Assembly (NCBI RefSeq): GCF_030028105.1
Contig: NC_092384.1
Location: forward strand, 34,913,553 to 34,977,552
Reading direction: 5' to 3'
Length of the DNA stretch: 64,000 bases
Source: Mobula birostris
Taxonomy: Eukaryota
The number at the start of each line of letters is the position of its first letter. The stretch's first letter is position 1. Below the pieces are notes generated by a model. It worked only from the letters and a program-made list of their open reading frames with translations, was not told where the DNA came from and did no database searches. Made by a program: the position numbers and the translations under genes. This document shows positions 1 to 12,547 of the stretch, piece after piece.

Positions 1-645
1 TTATTTATTTAGCAAGGCTGAGAAGTTGCAAGAGAGGTGGGAAGAGAAGATGATTTCTCAGTTTGAACAGTATTTCATGTATTTGAGTACTTGAAGCTTA
101 TATGGAGATTGATAGCTTGAGTCATTAAATGACGTTCATGTACTTGAATAAAACTTTGGTACAACCTATACACTAGCTTGGTTTACCCTATGCTGTCTAA
201 GAGAAATATTGAGAATGAAAAACTAAAACTAAAAATGTTTGCTTGTGAAAATTTTAATTTCTATATCATTGCAATACTAGCTGTCATCAATAATTATAAA
301 TGATATTGTTCTCTCTCTGGTGAATGGATCTTAGACATTCCTATCAGCATCCTCAGTAGAAGATGCTGTTTAATGAATCTCCAAATAAAGTCACAGTTTC
401 TCATTCAGTCAAGCTCTCAGTGTTTTGTACCACAGCTGTGTAACAATTAAATGAATGGAGCTGCTGATGTGGGCATTTTGTGGCAATACTAATATTTTAA
501 GTATTACCTGCCTGTGCTTCTTGATAAAAGAAATGCACTATAATGATTCTGCATATTGTGATTTATTTTAATTAAATAATTACTAATAGGATTTCAACTA
601 TTACAATAAATAATATGGATTCAGTGAGTGAGGTGGCAAAAATTA

Positions 646-1332
646 AACAATTAGACTTTTTAAATTAATACAGTACCTTTTAAAGTCATAAAACAGAACT
701 AAGCAACATTGGAACAGAATTTGAAGATGTCTTGAGCAAATAATTAATGTTTTGGACAATTCTGAATAATAGAAACATAGAGTCATAGAGAAGGGCAGCA
801 CAGAAACAAACTCTTCGGCCCATCTAGTCTGTGGTGAACAATTTATCTGTCTAATTCCATTGACCTGCACCCAGACCATCGCCCTCCATACCTCTCTCAT
901 CCATGTACCTATCCAAATTTCTCTTTAATGTCAACATCCACCATTTGTACTGGCTGCTCGTTCCCAGTTGGAGTCTCACCCAACCTCAGTGGAAAAAGCC
1001 TGTCTGCATTTACCCTATCTATACCCCTCGTAATTTTGTAATTTTGTATACCTTTATCCAATCTCCCCCCAATCTTCTATCTTCTAGGCAATAAAGTCCT
1101 AACCCAATCCTTTCCCAATAACTCAGAGCCTCAATTCCAGCAATATACTTGTAAATTTTCCCTGTACTCTTTCAATCTCATTTACATCCTTCCTGTAGGT
1201 AGGTGACCAACGCTGCATGCAATACTCCAAATTAGGCCTCACCAGCATCTTATACAATTACAACAATTAAACTTCTTAAATTAATATTATTTTAAAGTTA
1301 TAAAACAGAACTGAGTAACATTGGAGCAGAAT
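646..1332 (+). repeat. Imperfect ~72-75 bp direct repeat (646-720 and 1262-1332) bracketing a CR1 fragment
   Basis: aacaattagactttttaaattaatacagtaccttttaaagtcataaaacagaactaagcaacattggaacagaat vs aacaattaaacttcttaaattaatattattttaaagttataaaacagaactgagtaacattggagcagaat. Confidence 0.8.
770..1258 (-). mobile_element. CR1 LINE 3' fragment, decayed
   Basis: atagaaacatagagtcatagag tail, cttcggcccatctagtc 3'UTR motif, and RT C-terminal remnant (gaccaacgctgcatgcaatactcc = reverse complement of LEYC.Q.WSP). Confidence 0.8.
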
Positions 1333-1910
1333 AATTTGCTTAATTGGTTGGAAACAAAGAAAGATGATTCCAATGTTCACGACCACAATGATGTTTTACT
1401 TTATTTTAAGTATGGTTTATTACATGATCATAAATTTATGAATTTGGGATGAGCAGTGCCATATTTTTGACATATTGAAGCATTTCAAGCTCAAAAATAG
1501 CACCTGTGATGTGTATATGTGTGTATACCTACAAAGTGAATTACATTGACCACTACAACAGAAATTGTGGTAGTAAATAATGGCAGGTGATGTATGGAAC
1601 AAGTAGATTGTGACAACATTCAATGTGCAATGCTGATTGGATCCTAGTTGGTTTATTTTATATCTCAATGCTCTAGATAGTATCTGTACTTAATCTCCAG
1701 TTTAGAAGCAAGAAACACTCCCTACCAATACAAGTCAAGAAGATCATCAATTATTTGCAGATTGGTGACTGACTGATTTCTTCTATTTGTAGCTTCAGCT
1801 TTAAAAGGCATTTGGTGTTTTCTACTAGTCAACCTGCAGTGCTGTGCCAAATTCTGAAATACCTTCAAGGATCTTCAAAACACACTTATTATCAAAGAAA
1901 GTTTAAATTA

Positions 1911-2024
1911 AGCAACACACATAAAAATGCTGGTGAATGCAGCAGGCCAGCAGCATCTATAGGAAGAGGTACAGTCGACGTTTCGGCCCGAGACCCTTCC
2001 TCAGGACTAACTGAAAGAAGAGAT
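1911..2024 (-). mobile_element. Penelope-like element (PLE) terminal fragment with 13-bp TSD
   Basis: acacacataaaaatgctggtgaatgcagcaggccagcagcatctatagg...; flanked by aaagtttaaatta at 1898-1910 and 2025-2037. Confidence 0.75.
1972..2009 (-). ncRNA. Minimal type-I hammerhead ribozyme motif (PLE-type)
   Basis: Minus strand: UAGUC-CUGAGGA-AGGGUCUCGGGCC-GAAA-CGUC-GACUG; helix I UAGUC/GACUG, CUGANGA and GAAA core boxes, GUC cleavage triplet, palindromic ACGU in place of helix III. Confidence 0.65.
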
Positions 2025-4079
2025 AAAGTTTAAATTATACAACTTGAAATTTGTCTGCTTATAGGCAACCACAAAGCAAGAAAATCAAATAACCTGGTTT
2101 AAAAAAAGACCAAAATCACTGTGCAGAGAAAGAGAGAGAAAAAAAACACACATCATGCAAACATTAGAAGCAAGCCAATAGCATCTCGAACCAGACTGAG
2201 ACCCAGGTCAGCTCCTGGAACAGCCGGAGTAGGCCCAAGCCAAGCCTTGGTCCCCAGCTTTCACATCAGCAGGGCAGGAATGCACAACAGCTGGCTCAGT
2301 TCACAGCCTTGGCGCCATGGAGAAAAGAATGAACATTCGCGGGAGAGTGAGCGAAAATCAGCCCGACCCTTGCCTTCATACTCAAACCTTGGGCTTCCAC
2401 TCCATTTAGGCTGGTGTTTAAACTACCCAATCAACAAATAGCGCTAAGTTCTAGGACCTTACCAAATCGACTCAGCACTTGGCGCGATTCAGCCTTGCAC
2501 CTGAATTAGGCGGACAGGCATCAAAACTCTTCTGCATTGACTTCTCTCCAAATCGTTCCTCGATCTCCGGTAACGATATGATCTCCATCTGTGACCTTGG
2601 CAGCTCAAACATGAATACGTTGCGCCTTGGAATGCCTCAGCGCTCCAGCTCACCCTTGGAACCAGCCTCGCCTCTGCCTGTCTCCTCACTATCGGTGGCG
2701 ATAGTTCACCACAATTTGCTTCATATTATAAGTAATGGTTTAAGTCGATTCTCTTGCCTTATGACTTACCAGTAAGCTGTCGCACATCTCTGGTGGTGCC
2801 ATCTTATACCTCTTCATGACTTCAAAGCTTCTGCACCCAGACATGGATGTATGTGGTTGTTCTGCCTTGGAATAAGGCATGGTTGGGTAACTGAGAGAGA
2901 ACCCATAAAGCAGAACAACCTGCTGGAAGTATAGGCATAAGGAGATGGAGAAGGACACTAAACAAGTGCTACATCTGCCCAAGGCGTTTGTCTTCCCAGT
3001 TCAACTATGCAATATTAACAGTATATAAGGAAAAAAGGAGACTGCAAATGCTTCAATTGGAAAAGCTCTGGAAATACTCAGTGGGTTAAGCAGAATCTGT
3101 GGAGGCAAATCGTTTATGTCAATGTTTTGGTTTGAGATCTGAGAGGAAAGAGGAGATATGGTTCAAGTTCAACTTCATTATCAGGGCCATGAATGGGTAC
3201 AAAAGACATGAATATTTGCTGTTTGCAGCAACAGCATAGTACATTACATGCAAGACATACATAAATTATTTAAACTTAAATTAAATGATACCTAACTTGC
3301 ACAACAAAATAAACAGTATTATTAGCAAAAGTACTTAAGGATACTTGTGCTTTCACTCATGCTAAAATAATGTGGATAAATTTATAAGACCAACCAGGAC
3401 TAAGTTCATTTTCCAACAAAAGCAGATGTCAACAAAGCAAAGCAAAGCATAATTTTGCTACTCATGGACTATTTGCTTCCTGTTCATTTTGATGGCTTTT
3501 GAAGCAAGACTTTATTAACTAAGCTAATTTATTGATCATATAAAGAAGAGGCCAGTATCAATGACTAGTTATATAAACGTAGATCTGGGTGGTTTAAAAG
3601 CAAATTCTGCATGTTGTAGGTACAATAATTTATGGCTGAGGTGGGTGCTGTTAATGACTTTATAAATTGTTCTGCTTGGCAAATAATGAGGAATAGCAGA
3701 GTTGGAGAGAGAAAGAATGGCTCCAGCTTGTCCTGGAACCCCAAGACATGGGTTCCTTGGTTAAGAGAGACACCGTATCAGGAGTCAGCATCACACTGTT
3801 GGCGTAGGGTCTTGCTGTAACCTTACGGAGCATCCCTAAGTGGGAGGCAATAGATGTTCTTTCATCTAAAGAGGGAGCTATTCATCTACCCCTGACTAAT
3901 ATTGTCCCTCCCTTTCACTCAAGCCGACAGCTGATCCAAGTTGTTCTTCAGTAGACAGCCATTCACACTACTTGTGGACATGTACCACATACAGTATGCA
4001 ATTTGATGACTTTTTGAGCATAGCATAGGCAATTATCTCTTACACTTTTTCCTAATATTAAAATAGCTTAGACACATAC

Positions 4080-5016
4080 TGTTGTATATTTAATATTTCA
4101 GTAATGTTTGAGAAATAATGTAAATATGTTGTCTGATTAAACATTCTTTGTTGTTTACATAATTCATATAAGTTATGTGTAAAAGTACATGAACTACATC
4201 ATAAGTGTGTCCCTCAATGAATTAAAGAACAAAATCGCCACATTTTATCCTTGGGTTAGTGTTATTCTTTTGATTAGTTTTGGATTTACAAGACATAACA
4301 GTGGCAACAAGAAAGCTTTAAAATGAACCCAAAATGACTACCTACCTGTTGAATTGCAATATGTTCTGTCTTTACAAGGGTGAAGAGAAAGAATTTTGAG
4401 TAAAATTAAAGCACAGCAAGTTTTTTTTTTCTTCGAAAGTGTTGTGAGACGCTTAAGTTTAAAGGGCAGAAAATCCATAAACAGTTAGCACTGGGTGATA
4501 ATAATAATAAATAATTAAAGAAAGTGAAAATAGCTGACTACATTGAAAAGGTAGATGCATTCAATTGCACAAAAGATAATTGGCTGATGCATACTGAATG
4601 AATTGAGCAGTATTTGGAAGGAAATACAATAGCCATTGAGAAACAAGTGTCAGTTTTGCTGTGTGTAATAGGTGGAAGAGTTTACAGTTTGCTTAGAAGT
4701 TTAACTGCTCCAACCACACCAGCTGAAAAGAGCTTTGCATATATAATGAAAGTAAAGCAGGAAAATTTTGAAGTAAATTCATTGTTGATTACAGAATATT
4801 AGGTTTCATAAACAGAATCAAAAGGAAAGGAAGTCCATTTCTCGCTTACATGACTGAATTGAACAGATTGTCTGAGCATTGTAAGTTCAAGGATAAGCTT
4901 AATGATGCACTAAGAGGTCATTCAGTTTGTGGAATGTTACAAGAAAGCATTCAAAAATGGCTCCTAACTGAAGCACAACTCACATTTAAAAGAGAAGTTG
5001 AATTCACTGTATCAAT
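4080..5016 (+). mobile_element. Truncated Gypsy-type LTR retrotransposon: LTR (4080-4300), PBS-like gtggcaacaag, decayed gag
   Basis: LTR TGTTGT...CATAACA; gag remnants in ORFs 4614-4802 (YSLLRSLTAPTTPAEKSFA) and 4850-5035 (ELNRLSEHCKF...LRGHSVCG...IQKWLLTE); same family as 17885-21371. Confidence 0.8.
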
Positions 5017-6019
5017 ACTTTTCTGGTGCACATAAGTGATCCAATACGAATACATCCTTAAGAATTCTCTCCAGTAGCTTCCCTACTACTGACATGAGGC
5101 TCAACAGTGTAAAATTTCTAGATTATCCCTGCTTCCCTTCTTGAATAATGGGACAAAATTAGCTACTCATCAGTCCTCCAGGACTTCACCTGTGGCTAGA
5201 GCGACCGCAAAGATACTGATCAAGGCCACAGCATTCTCATCGCCTGCCTCTCTCAATAACATGCAGTATGTCCCATCAGGCCCTGGGGACTTGTCCATCT
5301 TAATGCTCATTAAGAGACCCAACACTGCCTCCTTCATTACCACAAAAATGCCCTGGCATATTTATATGGTCAGTGCTAATCTTCCTATCCTCCTCATCCT
5401 TCTCCTTGGTAAATACTGATTTAAAGTGCTCATCCAAGCAAATGTTCCTCCCTTGAGTGGTCCTACCCTCTCCCAAGTTATCCTCTTGCTCTTCATGAAT
5501 ATGTAGAATGCTTTGGGATTCTCTTTTAATCCTTATTGTCAAGGACTTTTTATGGCTCCTCCTGGCTTTCCTAATTCCCTTCTTGAGTTCTTTTCTTATG
5601 ATCCTCAAGGGCTCTGTTTGATTCTAGCTTCCCAAGCTTTAGATTCTTTCCCTTTTTCTTCTTGACCAAATTCCCCTACTCTCTCAACATCCGAAGTTCT
5701 CTTACCTTGTTATCCTTGTCCTTCCTTTTTACTAAACCGTATTGTACCTATGCTGTACTCTGTGCAGCAGGTCTTTAAACACCCTCCACATATCAGATGT
5801 GGATTTGCACAAAAACAGCTGCTCTACAATTAACTCTCCCTAGTTCCTATCTAATGCTCTTGTATTTTGAAATGCCCTTATTTAATACTCTTACTTAAGG
5901 TCCATGCTTATCCTTATCCATGATATAGATATAGCTATGATATCTTTTAACTTAAGGATTTGTGGTCACTGTTCCCTAACTGCTCACCCACTGAAAGTTT
6001 GGTCACCTGGCCAGACACA

Positions 6020-6713
6020 TGTAAGGGGGTTTTGTCTTTTATGTTACTGCAGAGGCCAAATAAAATGGCTTCTTTGTTATGTTATAATCGGGAATGCTTT
6101 TTTGTTATGCTAAACGCTGAGAAAGCTTTGCGCTAGCAGCTTGCTGTGGGTTAAGGGGTGATAAGAGGATGTTATGAACCAATTGGGATAGTTGTTACGA
6201 CTTTGGTGTATCTGGAAGATTTGTATGCGTGGGGTTTTGAGGCTGAAGGTGGGAGAGAGAGACAGAGGATGGAGCAGGTGCTGTGAGTCCGCTAACAGGG
6301 TCAGACCCCGAAGAGGGCGTTCAGCGAGGAGACGGAGACAGACTCGTGTGGAGCGTCTGGTCGACCACCGTTGTTTGTCCCAGGCAGCCGGTCGAGGCGG
6401 TCTGAGGGGTCGCAGGGTGAAGAAGAAGGGCCCTGAGCTCCAACTTTTTTGTGCACGAAGAGATTGAACTTTGATAAGTGTGGCACCTTTTATTTTCCTT
6501 TTATATTTTATTCTCTATTAATCATGTAGTTCCAGTAATATCTATAAACTGTAAATCACTTAATTGTGTCTGGTGTATTGTCTGTTATTTGGGCGGGGTG
6601 GGATACCTCACACAGCATCCACACAAACTAATTACCCAGTTTGGCGGGACCAAGGGCTGTTTCCCTGGACGACAGTGAGCCAAGCGACCCTGAGGCTGGC
6701 CATGGGGGCTACA
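6020..6713. mobile_element. Solo LTR, 694 bp
   Basis: Ends TGTA...TACA; 4-bp TSD CACA (6016-6019 and 6714-6717); interrupts CR1 sequence. Confidence 0.8.
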
Positions 6714-7081
6714 CACATTAGCTAACGCCAGGTTCAGTACAGCCCTCTTCTTGTTGAACTATCTATATATTGATTTAAGAAACCCTCTTGGATGCACTTA
6801 ACAAATTCTGCCACATCTAAACCTCTTGCACTAAGAAGGTCCCTGTTGTCATGGGGGATTACAACAAACAGGTCCCTGTTTGTTGTAATCTCCCACGACT
6901 ACAACCCTATTGTTTTTACATCTTTCCTTAACCTGCCTGCATATTTTTTCCTCAACGTCCCTGTGTCTATTGGGAAGGTCTGCAGTACAATCCCATCAGA
7001 GTGATTACACTCTTCCTATTTTTGATTTCGACCAATATAGACTTATTGGAGAAGTCCGCCATTATTTCTCTATGTCTCCCC

Positions 7082-7617
7082 TGGGGGTGCATGGGGTGTC
7101 AGGAAGGGTAACACCTCTTGTGGGGGAACATGTCGCTTCTTTTTCAAGGCGGTTAGTCCACCTTTGGTCCCCACCTAGCACTCAGCTCTCCCTGTGGCTC
7201 CCCGTAGCTGTTTGCATGCGACAGCGGCCACACCGTGGGCAATGACTTCGACAAGCTGGCTAAACCAGGTAAGGGTAGCTGACAGGTCTCAAACCCTCGG
7301 TGAGATAGGGAGTTGTCTATCCCTGCATGTGAAGACAGACTCCGGCGAATTGAGCGGACGAGACCAATGGAAGATCCAACAGTCAAGAAGGCTGTCTCTG
7401 CAAGTGTCGTGGAAAGTGTAGAGCAAGACAAGACACAGAAGATGTCCTGGTCATCCACTGCACTCCGTCTTGCCACTGGATCTGAATGGGAATTGGGAAG
7501 AGAGAGTGAGGCAGACGCTGTGCAACTCCCCGTCACTTAAATCCAAATGACGCGCTAGTCTCGACACCATCATAATGGTGTTGAGGTCCTCAGCAACGAC
7601 GATGGACAAACACAAAA
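7082..7617 (+). mobile_element. Non-autonomous retroposon, probably RTE-derived, with 10-bp TSD
   Basis: TSD atgtctcccc at 7072-7081 and 7618-7627; ends in gatggacaaacacaaaa, like the RTE end near 16050 (gatggatgtgcacacac). Confidence 0.65.
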
Positions 7618-8141
7618 ATGTCTCCCCGAGTGCAACTGTGATATTGTCCCTGATTAGTAGTTCAGTTCTCTCCATCCCATTCCCTCTTTTACCTCCCTCT
7701 CTATCTTTTCTAAAATATCAAAACCCTGGGACGTTAAGCACCCATTCCTGTCCCTCTCTCAACCAAATCTCTATAATCATCACAACATCATATTTTCATG
7801 TACTGATCCATGCTCTAAGATTTTCACCTTTATCCATAATACTCTAGCATTAAAATACACACATTTCAAGCTATCTTTTACTTTGCTCCTGACTGTTTTA
7901 CTGGCCCAGACATCTACCTTCTTTTCCATCCCTCTACTTTCTGACCTGATGCTCTGGTTCCCATTCCCCTGCCAGGTTAGTTGAAACCCTCCTGAGTAGC
8001 ACTAGTGAATCTGCTGACTAGGAGATTGGTTCTTCTCCAGTTCAGGTGCAACCCATCCTTCTTGTATGGGTCATCCCTGTCCCAGGAGAGGTTCCAATGA
8101 TCCAAGTACCTGAAACCCTGCCTCCTGCACCAATTCCTCAG

Positions 8142-8450
8142 TCACTCAATCATGTGTACTGTCATCCTGTTCTTACCCTGACTACATGTGGCACCAGGAG
8201 TAATCCAGAGATCTGAGGTTCTGGCCTTCAGCCTGTTGTTTAACTCCCTATACTCTCTGTGCAGGACCTTTTCCCTTTTTCCACCTATGTCATTGGTGCC
8301 AATGTGCACCATGACTTCTGGCTGCTCACCCTCCCCCTTGAGAATTTTCTGCAGCCACTCTGAGTCATCCGGGACCCTAGCACCTGGGAGGCAGCATGCC
8401 ATTCTGGTCTCTCCTCTGCACATCCCTCTAACTATCAAGTCTCCTTTCAC
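8142..8450 (-). pseudogene. CR1 ORF1 SGNH/GDSL-esterase remnant
   Basis: GDLIVRG...CCLPGARV...EGEQPEVMVHIGTNDIG matches the CR1 ORF1 esterase blocks (GDS..., G.ND). Confidence 0.85.
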
Positions 8451-8659
8451 TATCTGTCTGCTTGACTTTACCCTTCCCTGCTGGACTTCACAGCCAACTA
8501 TAGTGCCACTGGCCTGGCTGCTGCCACTAAGCTCTGATAGGTCATTCCCACCCCTCCCCAGTAGTACCCCAAAGGGTATACTTATTGCTGAGGGGAATGG
8601 CCACAGAGGAACCCCACATTGACAGTTTGCTTCCCTTGCTTCTCCTGGTGGTCACCCAG

Positions 8660-9320
8660 GGAGGAGAAGATGGCGGCGTGACGCAGCGCACGCGGCCTCT
8701 CCAGTGAAATGATATCGTATTTGTTAAATAAGTACCACGCACAAACCTGATTTGATGGAGACGGACGTGAGAAGCACGGAGGAACATCTGGAGAAACTTC
8801 TGAAATGCCTGGTTCACTGCCGCTGCTACTGTGCGATTGAGAATCTCCGGAGGGAAGGCCCGAAATCCTCGGCTTTGCCTGTTGCTGGCGGCCAGGGCTG
8901 GGGTCGAAGCGCTCAGCAAAGATGGTGCTCAGTGCTCGGTGTCAGAGGGCTGGTCGGAGACTCGAAGTTTTCAGATGGACTGAGAGTCGGACTGTGGTCG
9001 GGTGCTTCCAGGATGCTGCATCGGCAAGTTTGCGGCGCTGGAAGCTCATGGCAGGGAGAGTTTTCTTCCTTCTACTGTCTGCGTGAGATGTTGGGACTTT
9101 CGAGAGACTTTGAGACTTTTTTACTGTGCCCATGGTCTGTTCTTCTATCAAATTACAGTATTGCTTGCACTGTTGTAACTATATGCTATAATTATGTGGT
9201 TTTTGTCAGTTTTTCAGTCTTGGTCTGTCTTGTGTTTCTGTGATATCACACTGGAGGAACGTTGTATCATTTCTTAATGCATGCATTACTAAATGACAAT
9301 AAAAATGTCCTCATAATCTA
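8660..9320 (+). mobile_element. SINE-like non-autonomous retroposon with CpG-rich head and Rex1-type tail
   Basis: gaagatggcggcg head; tail aatgacaataaaa...taatctaat resembles the Rex1 tail at 54260-54295; interrupts CR1 ORF1. Confidence 0.6.
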
Positions 9321-12300
9321 ATTATCTATATGAAGCCTGCACTTTGATTATGACCACCTCAGTAAAAGTTTCATCTATGAGGTTTTCAGACTCCTGGATG
9401 GTGCTGAGTAAATCCAGCTCTCCACCTCCAGTTCCTTTTCTTGGTCAGTCAGGAGTTGAAGTTGGGGGCAGTTTTCGCAGATGTAATTACCAGGGAGACG
9501 GTTAGGTACTCTAAAATCCCACATCTTACAGGAGGAGCTTTCTACTGCCTTAAATATGATCCTGCCAACATTGAATTAAGAACTAAAGATTTACATACAG
9601 CAAATAAAAAGCTTACCTGTTCTTTGCCGTGCTTCTCTCTGAAACCATTGGGTTTCCCATTGGTTCTGCTTCAGATTGTCCAGGTTCAGTACAAAGCATG
9701 CTTCAACATTCAGAACTTGCCACTGTTTATGGCTTACTATTCCGCATAGTTCATTTATCTGTAGATATTGAACTCTGATATCAGTGCAGTTCTCATTTGA
9801 AATGGCATCTGCATCAACCACACCTCCAATATTAATCATTTATGACCTTCACTTCCAAAAAAAATAAGATTACCTCTATCTAATCCAAAAACAATCGGAA
9901 ATGCTAGGTTCCTATATAAGTTGGTAAATTATAATGATTTAGTTTTGTGTGTAAAACATCATGATTTTGATTCCCTAGATCGGTCTTATTTAAAAGTAAA
10001 CAAAGTGATGTACTAAGTCTCTTTCCGTTCATCCATAAACTGCCTGTAAATTGTCATGCTACTCAAATATTTAGTTTTTGTATAAAGCCATGAGGATAAT
10101 CCTTCATACTCAAGATATTAGTCAGTTATTTGGAGTGAAAACAACCCAGAGAGTTTAATAATCCAGGCCTGCTGAGAGGATTTGCAAGTGTCTTGAATTA
10201 TGCCTGGAACGATATGGGAGGTCATGCAGATGGGTAATGTTGAAAATTATAGCATGCCTGAATGTCTAACAATGTCAATCAAATCTAAACCTTTTTCATA
10301 AATAGCCGTCTATATATGAACAAGAAAGGGCATCAGAATATTACATTTTTCCTGTGAAAAGACATCTTTGGAAGTTACTTTGTTGCTTGCAATATGAGCC
10401 TTCTTGTATATAGGATATTATTTAGTTTGAAATACAAAATTTCCTTCAGTTTAACTTCCTATCTGCTGCTATATTATCATATTTCTCTTTTCTGTGATGG
10501 ATGTGTTCTAGGCCTGAGGTTGATTTACTTTTCCATGGCCCTTAAGTTGGCTCCTAACTCATCTTCCTGTGATAAACTGCAGTTAAGTAGTACCTACTCA
10601 TTTAGTCTCAACCTAATTAAATGTGGTTAACCACAACGGCATTTACAGCCTGACTGGTATCAAATTCACCACCTTCAGCACTTGGATGTTTACTTCACAC
10701 CTGTTTAATATCCACTATCGCAACTCAACAACTGTTCACTTGAAACCAAGAGATGCCTATCTTGCTGGCTATTGTTAGAGACCCTTGCCACATACATCAA
10801 CTGTCCACTAAAACTGTGCATCAGAGAAAAGCTACAGTTTGCTTTAACCATAAAAATTTAACCCATGCTGAATTTACCATTCTAATTTAGTATTTTGCTG
10901 CAAGGTACGGGCAAACAAACCTTAGTCATTGAAACTAATTTTTGCCCTTTCATATCAATTAGAAAGTGATGAGGAAATATTTGGATCTTGATTGATTGTT
11001 TATAATTCATTAGGTTTTGTTTATTATTTTTGAGGAGGGCGGTTTTTCATAAAATCAATGATGTGATCACATTATCAGTGAAGCAAGAAAAGGAATCATT
11101 TAGCTGTAGTCACATCCCTCTGAGCTTCATGACTGCCCTTCGAATTGAAAACTGGCATCAGCTGCATACGCAGAGTTATGGAATGACTCATGCTGAGTTC
11201 TTTATTGGTAAGGGCTTTAGCACACAGACAATGAATGTCTGCTGCAAATGTGCACAGCGGGAAGATTGTAGGGTAACTTGATGTGTTGATTTGATGCTGT
11301 GCTACCACTTTGAGCTCATAGCTACAATTAATGAGTGGCCACCAGGAGTAGGAAGGATCCACACCTGTGGTATCTAAATGGAATATAATACCCTAACTTC
11401 ATTGTGGCTGTTGGTGAAATCTATAAACATTTGACATTTTCTATAATTGTTGCAAGTTGAAGTACTTTGCTAGGCGAATGGTGATAAGTGCTTGAAGACT
11501 TTTTGATGACTTCAGAGGTTCTATCTATTTACTTGGCTGAGATTTTAGGCTTCTCCATTGATTGTTCCTGGATAACATGCAAAGGAAAAGTTTAAATGAT
11601 GAGATTTTGGAGAGGGAAGGAGAGAATGTATAAGCATGTGTCTCATACCAGATATTCTCTCTGTCAGGGCTTTCACATATGTAGAAAGTATAAATGGGCC
11701 TTTGTTGACGAAAATTCCTTAAGGAAACCATTTACTTTGATGGTGCACTGACCCCATTTTCACCATGCACCAGTTCAGATGGGCAAGTTGGACACATGGG
11801 TTTTCAATAATGCATTGTAGTTAATGTGTAAACAAAACTCCCGACATTCTTTCCACTATTTACAATTGATGGAATGGTTTCTCTGTGCCTTAATGTATGC
11901 AATGCCTTTAACTTAAAATCCTCAGTATTTTCCAAGACAAAAGAAGTTCCATTTTGGCATTGTTTATGCCATCCTAGACATTTATTCCCTTCACCACTGG
12001 AGCACCATGACTGTGGTGTGTGTCACTGACTAAACACCTAGATTACTTTGACACCTTCTAAGCTGACAGCCCTTTCCTTCCAGAAGGGTAATATAATCAA
12101 GTGCCTTGGGAAATTACCACTCACAATTCATGAGTCACAAATCATCCTGATGTGGAAATGCATTATAATTTCTTCATCATCATTCAGTCTGAATCTTGGA
12201 ATTCCCTACCCAACTGTGGGAGTAGTTTCAACTTGTGGTTTGTAACTGTTCAAACTGAGGGCTTCGCTAATCATTCAAGGCTAGTTGGGGACGAGCAAGA

Positions 12301-12547
12301 AGAGGTGCACTTGCCTGTGATGCTCAAATCTTGCCTGTGAAGTAAAATAGAAGACATATAGTAGGGGCAGTAGGAGTCTGCTTCATTAGATGTAGCACCT
12401 CTGCTTAGCTAAATGCAGCTGCAGTATTTGAGAAGTCACTGATGGTATATTAGTCAGCACGAAGGAGTAGAGAATGAGATGATATATGGACAAGCCTTCA
12501 ACACTGATCATCACTGCACACGTTTAATTGTCACAGCTGATCACAAT

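Larger units (their letters stand above)
1875..2790 (-). mobile_element. Unclassified non-autonomous retroposon with Rex1-like 3' tail, interrupted by a Penelope fragment
   Basis: ttcaaaa...ttattatcaaag tail resembles Rex1 tails at 46270 and 59290; GC/CpG-richer body with no coding homology. Confidence 0.4.
5020..9650 (-). mobile_element. CR1 LINE 5' half (ORF1 esterase plus ORF2 endonuclease/linker), decayed, hosting three insertions
   Basis: ORF 5300-5608 (KELKKGIRKARR...FKSVFTKEKD) is CR1 ORF2 linker; ORF 8142-8450 is CR1 ORF1. Confidence 0.8.

Noticed and set aside
2-94. Short frame YLFSKAEKLQERWEEKMISQFEQYFMYLST* after tttag
   Set aside because: Protein-like but unrecognised, cut by the window edge, with no strong splice support.
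8752-9243. 163-aa ORF
   Set aside because: Lies in a GC-rich SINE-like repeat; no domain homology.
11030-11281. 83-aa ORF with internal G|GTAAGG donor
   Set aside because: No recognisable homology and no good acceptor; probably chance.
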